NCBI GenBank assembly: GCA_016784145.1
Contig: JADHVF010000002.1
Span: 112,357-176,356, forward strand
Length of the DNA stretch: 64,000 nucleotides
Direction: 5' to 3'
DNA from: Patescibacteria group bacterium
GTDB lineage: Bacteria > Patescibacteriota > Patescibacteriia > UBA2591 > UBA6264
The translations under genes were made by a program, and so were the position numbers. How positions within the stretch are numbered: position 1 is the first letter of the stretch; every line of letters begins with the position of its first letter. The notes under the pieces were generated by a model, which had not been told where the DNA came from, searched no databases, and saw nothing but the letters and a program-made list of their open reading frames with translations. This document shows, piece by piece, positions 46,939-57,087 of this stretch.

Positions 46939-48210
46939 TTATAACTTATATGCTTCTTTTTTCCATTGAATAGCCCATTTTTTTAATCTTTGAAATCCTT
47001 TTTTTATATCTTTTGCTTCTCCGGCAAAAGAAAATCTTAAATGTCCTTCACCACTTGGCCCAAAGGCTGCTCCAGGGATAGTAATAATATGGGCTTGCTT
47101 TAAGATTTTTAAACTTAACTTAAATGAATCAACTTTAGGTATTTTTATCTTGACCAAAATATAGTAAGCCCCCATTGGTGGTTGGTATTCAAAAATATCC
47201 GAGAGATTGTCTAACTCAGAGCACATTAAATTTCTATTAAAAGACATTTTTTTGGTTAATTCTTTAATTGTTTTGGCTGATTGGTCCTTGTTTTTAAGGG
47301 CAGTTATTATTGCTTTTTGAGAAATAGCTGGCGCACAAATAGTCAGAGCATCATGTACTTTAAGCATGTGGTCAATAATCCCTTCATCAGCAAAAGTATA
47401 CCCAATTCTGTATCCAGTTACTCTGTATTTTTTAGAAAAACTACCGCAAAGAATAATTTGATTTCTTATATTAGGAATAGAAGCAGGTGATATATGTTTG
47501 ATATTGTCATAAATAAGGAAATCATAAGTTTCGTCAGTAATTAATATTAAGTTGTGTTTTTTAACAAATTTAGATAATTCTATTATTTCTTTTTTTGAAA
47601 AAACTTTTCCTGTAGGATTAGATGGATGACTGAGAATAATTGCTTTTGTTTTTTTGCTTATTTTTTTTTCACATTTTTTTATGTTTAATGCCCAATTTTT
47701 CTTTTCGTCTAAAAAAACAAATTTAGGGATGCCATTAAACTGTATTATTTGTTCAATATGAGATGCAAAAGCAGGGGAGATAACCAATACTTCATCGCCA
47801 GGATCTATAATTGTGGCTAATGCGCAAGCTAATCCTTCTTGTGCTCCAGTAGAAATCATTATCTCTTTTTTTGCCTTGATATTGGTTATTTTTTTTTCTT
47901 TTTTTAAAAAATTAGCCACCAGTTCCCTTAATTCAGTGATGCCTGGCTCAAGAGTATAAAAAGCAGTTGTTTTTTTATCTAAAGATTTTTTAATTCCTTG
48001 TTTTATATAATCAGGAGTATCTAAATGGGGGATACCTTGTCCAAAAGAGATAATTTTATTTTGCCCAATTTTTTCTTCTATTTGGTCTGCCAAAATAGAC
48101 ATTTCTTTAATAGGGGAAATAACTATTTTTTGTACTCTTTTTGAAATATTTTTAGTCCTAAATTTTTTTCCAGCTATTGCAATTGCTGAGCGAGATTGTT
48201 TCTTTTTCAT
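46939..48210 (-). CDS. PLP-dependent aminotransferase class I/II (AspC-like)
   Basis: GITELR, PSNPTG, ITDETY, SFSKKYRVTGYRIG, PG.AFG..GEGHLRFSF. Confidence 0.9.
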   Translation of the reverse strand: MKKKQSRSAIAIAGKKFRTKNISKRVQKIVISPIKEMSILADQIEEKIGQNKIISFGQGIPHLDTPDYIKQGIKKSLDKKTTAFYTLEPGITELRELVANFLKKEKKITNIKAKKEIMISTGAQEGLACALATIIDPGDEVLVISPAFASHIEQIIQFNGIPKFVFLDEKKNWALNIKKCEKKISKKTKAIILSHPSNPTGKVFSKKEIIELSKFVKKHNLILITDETYDFLIYDNIKHISPASIPNIRNQIILCGSFSKKYRVTGYRIGYTFADEGIIDHMLKVHDALTICAPAISQKAIITALKNKDQSAKTIKELTKKMSFNRNLMCSELDNLSDIFEYQPPMGAYYILVKIKIPKVDSFKLSLKILKQAHIITIPGAAFGPSGEGHLRFSFAGEAKDIKKGFQRLKKWAIQWKKEAYKL

Positions 48211-48219
48211 ATTATTTTT

Positions 48220-49002
48220 TTATTTTTTTGGATTAGAAAGGATAAAAACAGTTTGCCAGGCCAGCCATTTTATAATTGGAATTCTAAGTATTATTGAATC
48301 AATTTTTTCAAAAAATGTTAAAACAAAATTAAATATTTTTAAATTTCGAAAAGGTACAGCTAATACAGTAAAAAGGTGAAAGAATTTAATATCATCAATT
48401 TTGTTGAAATATTTTTTTGCATCCATTATAGCTTTTTTGTTCAAAATATGGTTCATTTCCCATTTTGTTCTTAAATGGGGTGTTAATTTTCTATATAAAT
48501 GAAAAATTGGATTATATACAAGCGGTTCATTACATATGATTTTCCCATTTGGTTTAATAACCCTTTTTAATTCTATATATGCTTTGTTTATGTCAAGATG
48601 ATGTAACATTCCAATGCATGTAATAATATCAAAATAATTATCTGGGAATTCAAGCTTTTCAGCATCCATAATTAAAAAAATTGGCTTCTTTTTGATATTA
48701 TTATTGGCTGCTGATTTTTTACAATTTTGAATAGAGACATCAGAGATATCTATGCCAAATGAATAAGCATTATTTTTTGCTAAAAAAATAGCCATATCCC
48801 CATCTCCACAACAATAATCTAGTGTTTTTTTATTAGAACAGTTTTTAATTAACCAATTATTAACAAAATTTCTACTTTTTCTAGTGATTGAATATATTTT
48901 TTTATTTGAAGTTAAGTGTTTATGTTGAGATGCATTCTTTTCTAATTTTTTATCTCTGACTTTGTTATGAAATGTTTTTTCTTCATGTTTTCTTTTTTCC
49001 AT
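48220..49002 (-). CDS. Class I SAM-dependent methyltransferase (paralog of 46155-46934)
   Basis: LDYCCGDG, GIDIS, DAEKLEFPDNYFDII, LHHL; shared NP...RTKW motif. Confidence 0.88.
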   Translation of the reverse strand: MEKRKHEEKTFHNKVRDKKLEKNASQHKHLTSNKKIYSITRKSRNFVNNWLIKNCSNKKTLDYCCGDGDMAIFLAKNNAYSFGIDISDVSIQNCKKSAANNNIKKKPIFLIMDAEKLEFPDNYFDIITCIGMLHHLDINKAYIELKRVIKPNGKIICNEPLVYNPIFHLYRKLTPHLRTKWEMNHILNKKAIMDAKKYFNKIDDIKFFHLFTVLAVPFRNLKIFNFVLTFFEKIDSIILRIPIIKWLAWQTVFILSNPKK

Positions 49003-49006
49003 ATTT

Positions 49007-50011
49007 TTATTTTAAAGATAATTTAATTAATCCAATTAATGCCCCCATGGCATAACCAAAATGACGACAAGCAAAAGTAATAGGCATTAAAATCAAATAT
49101 TTTATATTTTTTTCTTTATAGGCAATATTAATAGAAAAAAATAGATTTAATAATAAATACAATATAATTATAAACGAGAATAAAAACCAGCTAAAAGAAT
49201 AAAAAATTCCTAATAATCCAGTAAATGTTAAATACAAAACAAAAATTAAAGGGATATAATGTCTTGCTTTAAAAGGTAATTTAACGAATTTTAATGGATA
49301 AATAGACCAAATGCCATCTTGAATATTATGAATAAAAAATTCTTTTAAAGTTGATTTTGGATAGTAGCATGATATTATATCTGGATTTAGAATAATTTTT
49401 CCACCAGCTTTTTTTAATCTTATATTTAATTCCATATCCTGACTTCTCACAAGATTTTCGTTAAATAGTCCAATTTTTTTAAATACATCCTTTTGATAAC
49501 ATCCACCAAATACAGTGTCAACTTCTTTAATTTTACTTAATCCTTTTCTAAAATGTGAACCACCTACGCCAAAAAAACCAGAAAGACAAGTAACAATGGC
49601 TTTAGCTGAAATAGTATTTTCTCGTGGGATTGTTTTTAATATTCCACCGATATTGTCAGCATTATATTCAATTAAAGTTTCAACGCATTTAGAAACATAA
49701 TTTTTTTTATATCCAGCATGAGCATCCATTATCATTGTAATTTCTCCTTTTGCTTTTTCTATGCCAATATTTAGCGCAAATGGTTTGGTTATTTTTTTGT
49801 TAATTAATAATTGAATAGAATGATATTTTTTAGAATATTCTTTTATGATCGACCTTGTTTTGTCATTACTCATTCCATCAATCACTAAAACTTCTATTTT
49901 ATTTTTAAGATAGTTTTGCCAAAGAATAGAATCTAGGCATTTTTTAATAAATTTTTCTTCATTTCTGCAAGGAATTATTATTGAAACAAATGGTAATTTA
50001 TCTTTATTCAT
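49007..50011 (-). CDS. Glycosyltransferase family 2 (ExoA-like)
   Basis: VSIIIPCRNEE, IDGMSND, MDAH, FNENLVRSQD, C-terminal TMs. Confidence 0.9.
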   Translation of the reverse strand: MNKDKLPFVSIIIPCRNEEKFIKKCLDSILWQNYLKNKIEVLVIDGMSNDKTRSIIKEYSKKYHSIQLLINKKITKPFALNIGIEKAKGEITMIMDAHAGYKKNYVSKCVETLIEYNADNIGGILKTIPRENTISAKAIVTCLSGFFGVGGSHFRKGLSKIKEVDTVFGGCYQKDVFKKIGLFNENLVRSQDMELNIRLKKAGGKIILNPDIISCYYPKSTLKEFFIHNIQDGIWSIYPLKFVKLPFKARHYIPLIFVLYLTFTGLLGIFYSFSWFLFSFIIILYLLLNLFFSINIAYKEKNIKYLILMPITFACRHFGYAMGALIGLIKLSLK

Positions 50012-50013
50012 AT

Positions 50014-51246
50014 TTATTTTTCAAAAATGATATTTATATTTTTTATTTCAAGCCAGTTTTTTTTGTTTTTAGGTTGATAGTTAATTCCAATACTAATATT
50101 AGAAATGCCAGGCCTAAATTTTTTCTTAATAGAATATTTCTTCCATTCAAGAGAATTTATTATGGTTGAATTTCTTTCCCATTCGTCTGTTTTGTCTTGA
50201 ATAAAAATTGAAGCAGAGGTTTTGTCTGATGATATTCTGGCAAAAACATTGAATGTCGCAATAATATTCTCTGGGCTTTGAATGTTTCCGCCATTAATTC
50301 CAAATTGAATAACAGATTGTTCAGAAGTATGTGGTTTTATTAATTGTATTTTTACAATATTATCATTTTTTTCTTTTGTTCTTTGAAAGGAAAAATTTCC
50401 TCTATTTCCTGACAAAATTAATGGAGGAGATGTTTTGGTTAATTCTTCCATTGTTATTTTATCAGGTCCACTCCATATAGAAAAATCATTTTTATATTCA
50501 TCAATTTTTATTAGATTTTTTTTATTTTGTGATATATCTAGTATGAATAATGTTTTTCCATTGTGTTTTATACTTTTTATTTTTTGAGCAGAAGGAAAAT
50601 ATCTATAGATAATTTTTTCATTGTCTGTTAAAACTTGATTTCCATTAATTTTGTCTAAAAGATTAGTTTCTTTTTTTATAAATGATATATTTTTTTTAAT
50701 TAAGTTTTCATTTAGATATTGTGACTTGTATTTAGCGTCAAATATTCTTTTATATTTTTCATCAAAAAATATTCTATATATCCATAAAATGCGATCTGAA
50801 TTATTATGTTTGTTCCATTCTTCAATATAGATGCTAAATTTTTTATCTGGAACCATATTTAAAATAGGAGCATTTTGATAAAAGAAATTGGATTCTTCTC
50901 TATCAAAATCAGCTTTTTTAAAGGCAAGGCCTCCATTAAAAAATGAAAGTAGAAAAGAAGAAATAAAAATAAATAAAATTAATGATTTGGTTGTTTTTGA
51001 TATTAAAAGATAAATTAAAGCGCCAAATAAAATTATTGGACCAAATGAATATAATTTATTAATTATTGTTGGATAATTTAATAAGGTTGACCCATAAATA
51101 TCAAGCGGTTGCAAGTAATTGTAACTATAATTAAATGTTTTTACAGGACTATATTTAATCCCAATTTTAATCCCAAGCACTATTAAAATTAATGTTAAGA
51201 TTAAAACAATAGTTAGTAAATGCTTGCTGATATTTTTTTTATTCAT
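50014..51246 (-). CDS. Membrane protein with large extracytoplasmic C-terminal (CBM-like beta) region; possibly the 3' half of a GT-C
   Basis: About 3 N-terminal TMs, then a soluble region ending in beta-rich W..Y motifs; no family recognised. Confidence 0.55.
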   Translation of the reverse strand: MNKKNISKHLLTIVLILTLILIVLGIKIGIKYSPVKTFNYSYNYLQPLDIYGSTLLNYPTIINKLYSFGPIILFGALIYLLISKTTKSLILFIFISSFLLSFFNGGLAFKKADFDREESNFFYQNAPILNMVPDKKFSIYIEEWNKHNNSDRILWIYRIFFDEKYKRIFDAKYKSQYLNENLIKKNISFIKKETNLLDKINGNQVLTDNEKIIYRYFPSAQKIKSIKHNGKTLFILDISQNKKNLIKIDEYKNDFSIWSGPDKITMEELTKTSPPLILSGNRGNFSFQRTKEKNDNIVKIQLIKPHTSEQSVIQFGINGGNIQSPENIIATFNVFARISSDKTSASIFIQDKTDEWERNSTIINSLEWKKYSIKKKFRPGISNISIGINYQPKNKKNWLEIKNINIIFEK

Positions 51247-52261
51247 TTTTGGTTGTATTTTTAATTAAATCAGATAAATATATCGCTAATCCTAGACAAG
51301 TAAATACGTAGGCTGTATAAATATAGCTAGGAATAGCTGGTCCATTTGCCTTTAATATGCTTATAATGATTATATTTCCCCAAGCAAAAAGAAATAAATT
51401 TCTAGTTTTTTCTTTTTTATATGCTTTAACAACAATAAACAATGCAATTAGAGGGAAATATTTGATTGACAATAGAGTTTTATAAAAATATCCAGCATTA
51501 GTACCATAATGAGGGTTATTTATTGCATTAATATTAGAAATAAGACCATTGTTCCCAAAAAAGAATTGATTATATACATTTACAAAAGATTGCCAATTAT
51601 ATAATGAAATAAATAGTAAAACGATAATAATGGTTCCTAAGATCATGCCAGTTATAAATTGTTTTAATTTTTTCCAATCTTTTTTATAAATAATATGTCC
51701 AAGAAAAAATAGGGGAGCCATTATTCCAGTTGCTTTTGTTAGTGTTGCCAATGAAGCAAATATTCCTGAAATTAAGATTGAGTTAAAATATTTTTTTTCT
51801 TTTATGTTTGAAAAATAAAAGAAAAATGAGATTAAGCAATAAAGAGCGACTGTTTGGTCTGGATATAAATATGTTCCCCAGCCAAGCATTAAATAAGAAG
51901 AATTTATAAATAAGCCAATTAATAATGATGCCCATATCCCTGATTTTTTAAAAGCCCAAAGCATTGATATGGATAAAATTAGAGAATTAATGAATCCTAT
52001 ATATACCATCCCTGCAATATATATTTTTGAAAAGAAAATCGTGAATAATTTAAGATTTACTGCCAGGCTTATTCTGTCTAGCCAAGGCCAATATCCATAT
52101 GTTGTCCCCCAGGCAGCAGATCCTAGATATTGCAATGGGTCTGATGGAGTTGGTAGGGTCCAAAAATATTTTATTAAGTGAGTAATGTATAATATAACAA
52201 ACAAAAGTAATACCATGTATATTTGTTTATTATTATTTGTAATTTTGCTTATAATTTTCAT
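51239..52261 (-). CDS. GT-C fold membrane glycosyltransferase (ArnT/PMT-like)
   Basis: TM1 followed by SDPLQY acidic loop, YPD, LATLTK motif, about 9-10 TMs. Confidence 0.65.
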   Translation of the reverse strand: MKIISKITNNNKQIYMVLLLFVILYITHLIKYFWTLPTPSDPLQYLGSAAWGTTYGYWPWLDRISLAVNLKLFTIFFSKIYIAGMVYIGFINSLILSISMLWAFKKSGIWASLLIGLFINSSYLMLGWGTYLYPDQTVALYCLISFFFYFSNIKEKKYFNSILISGIFASLATLTKATGIMAPLFFLGHIIYKKDWKKLKQFITGMILGTIIIVLLFISLYNWQSFVNVYNQFFFGNNGLISNINAINNPHYGTNAGYFYKTLLSIKYFPLIALFIVVKAYKKEKTRNLFLFAWGNIIIISILKANGPAIPSYIYTAYVFTCLGLAIYLSDLIKNTTKNE

Positions 52262-52262
52262 T

Positions 52263-54263
52263 TTATTTGTTATAAAGTTTTGGAATTGAATTTATTATTT
52301 TTAATGTTTTTTCAAAATCAATTTTTATAGTATTACAATACCATTTAATTGATTCATATCTTGGCCTATTTTCGTCTTCAGCCAACATTAATGCTTTTTC
52401 CCTAGTAATTACTCCTTCTCTAATTTGATTACTTCTAAATGTATTATTTTCAGTAAACCCAGCTACTATATAATAAATATAATTATAAAATGCTACTGTG
52501 CCATCACCAATTCGCCAGGTATTTTTTGTATGTGGATCTGTTTCCCAGTCATATTCTTCAATAAGTGTTTTATTTATTTTTCTCTCTTCCCACTTTATAA
52601 AATTATAAATATTAATATTTTGATGTTTAATTAGATAGTAGGACTTAAAGGCGTCTATGGTATCGAATAGCGAAGAATTAAGATATGCCGGATTTAATAT
52701 GTATTCTTTCCCATAAAAATAAAGCATTTTTAATTTATTTTTAGAGGTAAGAGCGTATGTATTTTTTTTGTCAAAATTTGGCTTAATTTTACATAAACCA
52801 GATTTAAAATTAGTTGTTTCTAATAAGTTTTCTCCAAGAATAGAAATTTTTAAATTATTTTGTTTCATAAGAAGATTGGCATAGTAGAAATATTTTTTAT
52901 CCCCAGCCATAAATAAAGGGATTGTTCCAAGGTTTGGCCTTTTTATCCAAGCTAATATATTTTTTTTAATATTTTCCCTTTTTTTTCTAATATCAGCAGA
53001 AATTAAAATATGCTCTATTCCCAGTTTTCCACAAATTCTTGATTGATTCCTTCTGCCCAAATCAGTTATCATTCCCCAGTCATAAGAATAAGCTAATGGG
53101 TTCATTTTTAATTCTTTTTTTAGAAAATGAAGCATATAGCTACTATCTCTCCCTCCACTAAAGGGAACTAGACAATCATGTCGGCTGTTTGGTTTTTGAT
53201 ATTTTTTAAGAATATTTTTTAAATTCTGTTTTCCTTGATAGTTTATTTTAAAATATTTATTGCAATAATTACAAACGCCATTTTTATCAAAATAAATATA
53301 AGGAAAGGTTTCAGGGAGTATACATTGTTTGCAATATTTTATTTTAGAAATTTCTTTTTTTCTTTGTTGGTATGTTTTATAAAATTGATTTGAAATATTT
53401 TGAGCATTATACTCAAAACTGGTGTTAATGTATTTGTCTTTCTTTTTTGAAATTACAGCAATATCTTTTATTTTTCTAGGGACAGATAATGTCTTAATAT
53501 TTGTAAAATTTTGACAGGCTTTAATGTTTGTTTTTTCGTGTTTTATTTTTTTTAAATCTAGCAAAAGATATTCTCCTGCTTTTAATTGAGTGATATTTTT
53601 TTCAGAAAAGTAATTATTTAATTTATTTTTTTTAATGAATTTTTTTAATATATAAAATTCTGACGCAAAAGCAAATATATTGTTTGATTCATCTAAAAGA
53701 TAATATAAAGAACCGTTATTTGTAGCCAGGAGTAAATTATTTAAATTATTAAATAAAATTGCGACAGAAGTCATCCCATAAATTTTATTGAATAATATCT
53801 TTATTGTTTCTGATAAATTTTTATTATTATTTAGTTCAGAAGAAATAATTACAGGAATTATTTCAGTGTCTAATTGGCTTTGTTTTATTTCTTTTGAGTA
53901 GTCTCTCCAGAGGTCTTTAGTATTTACAATTATGCCATTATGGATAACAGCTAGTTTGTTTTTAATTACGGGCTGATTATTTTTATTTTCATGTTCGTAC
54001 CCATCGGTTACTAGTCGCGAGTGTCCAATACATCCAATAAAATTTTTGTTTATTTTAGCAAAACATTTATTAAATGATTTGCTTTTTATAAAATAACGTG
54101 CCCTGTTAGGAGTTTTGCATACATTTATTTTTTTATCATCAATCAAAGCAATTCCAGATGCTTCCTTCCCTCTTGATTCAGATAAAATAAAAAGACTTTT
54201 TATTAGTTTTTTTTGTTTAAAATTAGTTTTTTCTTTTGTTATAACACCAAATATTCCACACAT
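52263..54263 (-). CDS. Fusion of an Ntn glutamine amidotransferase and a WbpG-like N-acetyl-sugar amidotransferase
   Basis: MCGIFG, SRG..ASG, GHSR, HNGII, DTE; second half CKQC...CNYC, PP-loop SGGRDS, IREG.ITRE.AL. Confidence 0.82.
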   Translation of the reverse strand: MCGIFGVITKEKTNFKQKKLIKSLFILSESRGKEASGIALIDDKKINVCKTPNRARYFIKSKSFNKCFAKINKNFIGCIGHSRLVTDGYEHENKNNQPVIKNKLAVIHNGIIVNTKDLWRDYSKEIKQSQLDTEIIPVIISSELNNNKNLSETIKILFNKIYGMTSVAILFNNLNNLLLATNNGSLYYLLDESNNIFAFASEFYILKKFIKKNKLNNYFSEKNITQLKAGEYLLLDLKKIKHEKTNIKACQNFTNIKTLSVPRKIKDIAVISKKKDKYINTSFEYNAQNISNQFYKTYQQRKKEISKIKYCKQCILPETFPYIYFDKNGVCNYCNKYFKINYQGKQNLKNILKKYQKPNSRHDCLVPFSGGRDSSYMLHFLKKELKMNPLAYSYDWGMITDLGRRNQSRICGKLGIEHILISADIRKKRENIKKNILAWIKRPNLGTIPLFMAGDKKYFYYANLLMKQNNLKISILGENLLETTNFKSGLCKIKPNFDKKNTYALTSKNKLKMLYFYGKEYILNPAYLNSSLFDTIDAFKSYYLIKHQNINIYNFIKWEERKINKTLIEEYDWETDPHTKNTWRIGDGTVAFYNYIYYIVAGFTENNTFRSNQIREGVITREKALMLAEDENRPRYESIKWYCNTIKIDFEKTLKIINSIPKLYNK

Positions 54264-54267
54264 AATT

Positions 54268-55554
54268 TTAAATTTTTATTTTTAATTTTTTCCAAGTAAA
54301 AATTTTTAAATAAAGAATGCCTAAGATAAATGACGTTCCAGTAGCTATTGCGGCTCCATACATTCCAAAAACAGGGATAAGTATTAAATTTAAGATAATA
54401 TTACTTATAAAAAATAAAGATACAAAAAATGTTTGATACCCAGGAAATCCTGTTTGTGTAAGAAGCATTCTGAAAGGGGCATAGCCAACACAGATAATTT
54501 GAAACAAAATTAAAATAGAGAATATTGGCCATGCTTTTGAAAATTCGGTTTTTATTTTTAATAAGGAAAGCATTAGAGGAAAGAGAAAAATAGATAACAC
54601 CCCTATAGGAAACATAATTTTATATGTAAGATTTCTTCCACTAGATATTAAAGATTTTAATGCTTGTTTTGTTTTTTTAAATTTGTATCTAGCTAAAAGA
54701 GGATTAATATTTATTTTAAAAGCAGCTGTTAGCTGGTCAAATCCTTCAGCCAATATTGCAGCTAAGCTATAGATGCCAACAGTACTGTCTGATACAAAAA
54801 AGCCCAACATAATAATATCAGTTCTTGTGTTTAAGTCTAGTAAAGCATGTCCTAGCAATCCTTTGACGCCAAATTTAATGTGTTTAATAATCCATTGTAT
54901 TATTTTTTTAGAAAAAGAATATTTTATAAATTTAATACTATAAATAAAAAGTATAACAAAAGTAATTCCTTCAGCTAAAGAAAATATAACAGGCAATTTA
55001 TTTACATCAATTTTTAAATAGATGAAAAGAATAAGAGATAGTAATAATAAACAAAATCTTATTATATTTATGCTTGCATAAAATTTCATTTTGCGACAAG
55101 CATTATAAAATGATAAATATATTTTGTTTATTGCTAGGAAGAATAGCCCAGGTAATCCATAATAAATACCAATACTAACAGATGGGCTATTTAGCAGAAT
55201 GCCAATAAAGTCTTTTAGCCAAAAGACAGATATTGAAATTAAAAAAGAAATAATAATAGTTAAATACAAGGAAGACGAAAATATAATATTTTTTTTATTG
55301 TAATCAGTATGGAATTGAGAAACATTTTTCAAGACAGATAGATGGATTCCTGCTACAGAAAGTTGAGAGAAAAAAATAAAAAAAGCATATACTTGATTAA
55401 AAACTCCAAGGACCGAAGTATTGTAGAATTTAGCAATAATAATGTTTAATAAAATTCCAATTATTCCCATTATTACGAAGCTTAAAATATTCCAACTAAC
55501 ATCAATATTAAATTTTTGAGAAGTTGGTATTTTATTTAAAATTTTTTTTAACAT
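54268..55554 (-). CDS. wzx: Wzx/MOP-family flippase
   Basis: About 12 TMs, TDIIMLG, VGIYSLA, NIILNLILIPVFGMYGAAIAT. Confidence 0.88.
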   Translation of the reverse strand: MLKKILNKIPTSQKFNIDVSWNILSFVIMGIIGILLNIIIAKFYNTSVLGVFNQVYAFFIFFSQLSVAGIHLSVLKNVSQFHTDYNKKNIIFSSSLYLTIIISFLISISVFWLKDFIGILLNSPSVSIGIYYGLPGLFFLAINKIYLSFYNACRKMKFYASINIIRFCLLLLSLILFIYLKIDVNKLPVIFSLAEGITFVILFIYSIKFIKYSFSKKIIQWIIKHIKFGVKGLLGHALLDLNTRTDIIMLGFFVSDSTVGIYSLAAILAEGFDQLTAAFKININPLLARYKFKKTKQALKSLISSGRNLTYKIMFPIGVLSIFLFPLMLSLLKIKTEFSKAWPIFSILILFQIICVGYAPFRMLLTQTGFPGYQTFFVSLFFISNIILNLILIPVFGMYGAAIATGTSFILGILYLKIFTWKKLKIKI

Positions 55555-55564
55555 AAAATACTTT

Positions 55565-56122
55565 TTATTCTCTTTTTTTAATTACCTTGCATGGTACACC
55601 AACAGCGATTGAATATGGAGGAATATTCTTAGTAACAACAGCCCCTGCTCCAATTATTGATCCTTTTCCAATTTTTACTCCTTTGTTTATAATGACATGT
55701 CCTCCAATCCAAACATCGTCTTCAATAATTACTTTTCCTATAATAAATCCTTGTTCAGCGATTAATTTATCAGAATCTGTTTTATGGTCAGCAGTATTAA
55801 TCATTGTTCTAGCTGCGATTCTTACTCCTTTGCCAATCTTTACTTCCCCTGTTCCATCAATGATTACCCCTTCATTTAAAGAACACTTTTCTCCAATTTT
55901 TACATTCCAGGGGAAATAAATATTAACCATTTCTCCGATATAAGATGTTTTTAAATTTCTTCCCATGAATAATTTTAAAACAAGATAACGAAGATAATTA
56001 CATAAAGGGAATGGAATATATTTAACCATTCCATACAAAGCAAAATAAATTGCATGAATGAAATAATTTTTAAAATTATGCATTTTATTTCTTGGAAGAT
56101 ATTTTGTTTTTTTTGAATTCAT
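55565..56122 (-). CDS. Left-handed beta-helix (hexapeptide) acyltransferase
   Basis: [38 protein letters not shown]; ATG 56122 preferred because the longer ORF overlaps the upstream gene. Confidence 0.9.
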   Translation of the reverse strand: MNSKKTKYLPRNKMHNFKNYFIHAIYFALYGMVKYIPFPLCNYLRYLVLKLFMGRNLKTSYIGEMVNIYFPWNVKIGEKCSLNEGVIIDGTGEVKIGKGVRIAARTMINTADHKTDSDKLIAEQGFIIGKVIIEDDVWIGGHVIINKGVKIGKGSIIGAGAVVTKNIPPYSIAVGVPCKVIKKRE

Positions 56123-56127
56123 TTTTA

Positions 56128-57081
56128 TTATTTTTTTGTTAATTTTTTGTTGTCTTCCATGTCTAGCCACATTCCAAAAAAGAAGGAAAAAAAACCCATC
56201 ATTATGGAAAAACAAAGAATAATTAATGTAGTTTTTGGAGCTTCGTTTAATTTGAAAAATAAGTAAAAAAACCTGATCATTAATGGCATGGAAATAAGGA
56301 AGATGTTAATAAAGCTAAACAGGTAAAAAAATATTAATGGATGAAATTCTCTTACAAGATATTTATGAGTCATTCTTCTTAAATATAGTATTAGAAGAAG
56401 ATAACTAACCTTGGGAATATAAGTTATTAATTTTATTTTGCTTTTTTCTTCTCCGTAAATTGGCTTAACTTCAACATCTTGCACTTTAATGTTTGCAAGA
56501 TTTAACATATTTAGAATGTCTGCATTATATCCATATCCTTTTGTCATTTTTTTAATATTTATTGATTCGAGGGCTTGAAGCGAAATAGCAGTATATCCAC
56601 ATTGTGGGTCGATTAAACTCCAGTATCCGGTTGCGAATTTAGTAAGCAATGTTAAAAAAGAATTGCCAATTAATCGATGCATTGGCATGATTTTACTAAT
56701 ATTATGAGTTAATAGACGATTTCCTTTAACATAGCCGATATTTTTTTTAATAATTGGTTCAATGATTTTATGTAAATCATCTGGGTCCATTTGAGCATCG
56801 CCTGCCATAATAGCGATAATATCTATTTTTAATTCAATGCTTTTTAAGTAGCCATCTATCAAAGACTGTCCAAGTCCTTGATTTTTTTTATGATTAATTA
56901 AGATAATTCTTTTATCTTGATTCTTATATCCTTCAATAATATTTTTTGTTTTGTCTTTGCTAAAATCATTGACGACAATAATTTTGTCTACAAAGTTAGG
57001 GATAGTTGCTAGAGTTTTTTCAATTAATTTTTCCTCGTTGTATGCTGGTACAACTACTCCAATAGATTTATTTTTCAACAT
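56128..57081 (-). CDS. GT2, polyprenol-phosphate glycosyltransferase-like (DPM/GtrB-like) with two C-terminal TMs
   Basis: [40 protein letters not shown]. Confidence 0.85.
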   Translation of the reverse strand: MLKNKSIGVVVPAYNEEKLIEKTLATIPNFVDKIIVVNDFSKDKTKNIIEGYKNQDKRIILINHKKNQGLGQSLIDGYLKSIELKIDIIAIMAGDAQMDPDDLHKIIEPIIKKNIGYVKGNRLLTHNISKIMPMHRLIGNSFLTLLTKFATGYWSLIDPQCGYTAISLQALESINIKKMTKGYGYNADILNMLNLANIKVQDVEVKPIYGEEKSKIKLITYIPKVSYLLLILYLRRMTHKYLVREFHPLIFFYLFSFINIFLISMPLMIRFFYLFFKLNEAPKTTLIILCFSIMMGFFSFFFGMWLDMEDNKKLTKK

Positions 57082-57087
57082 ATCTTT

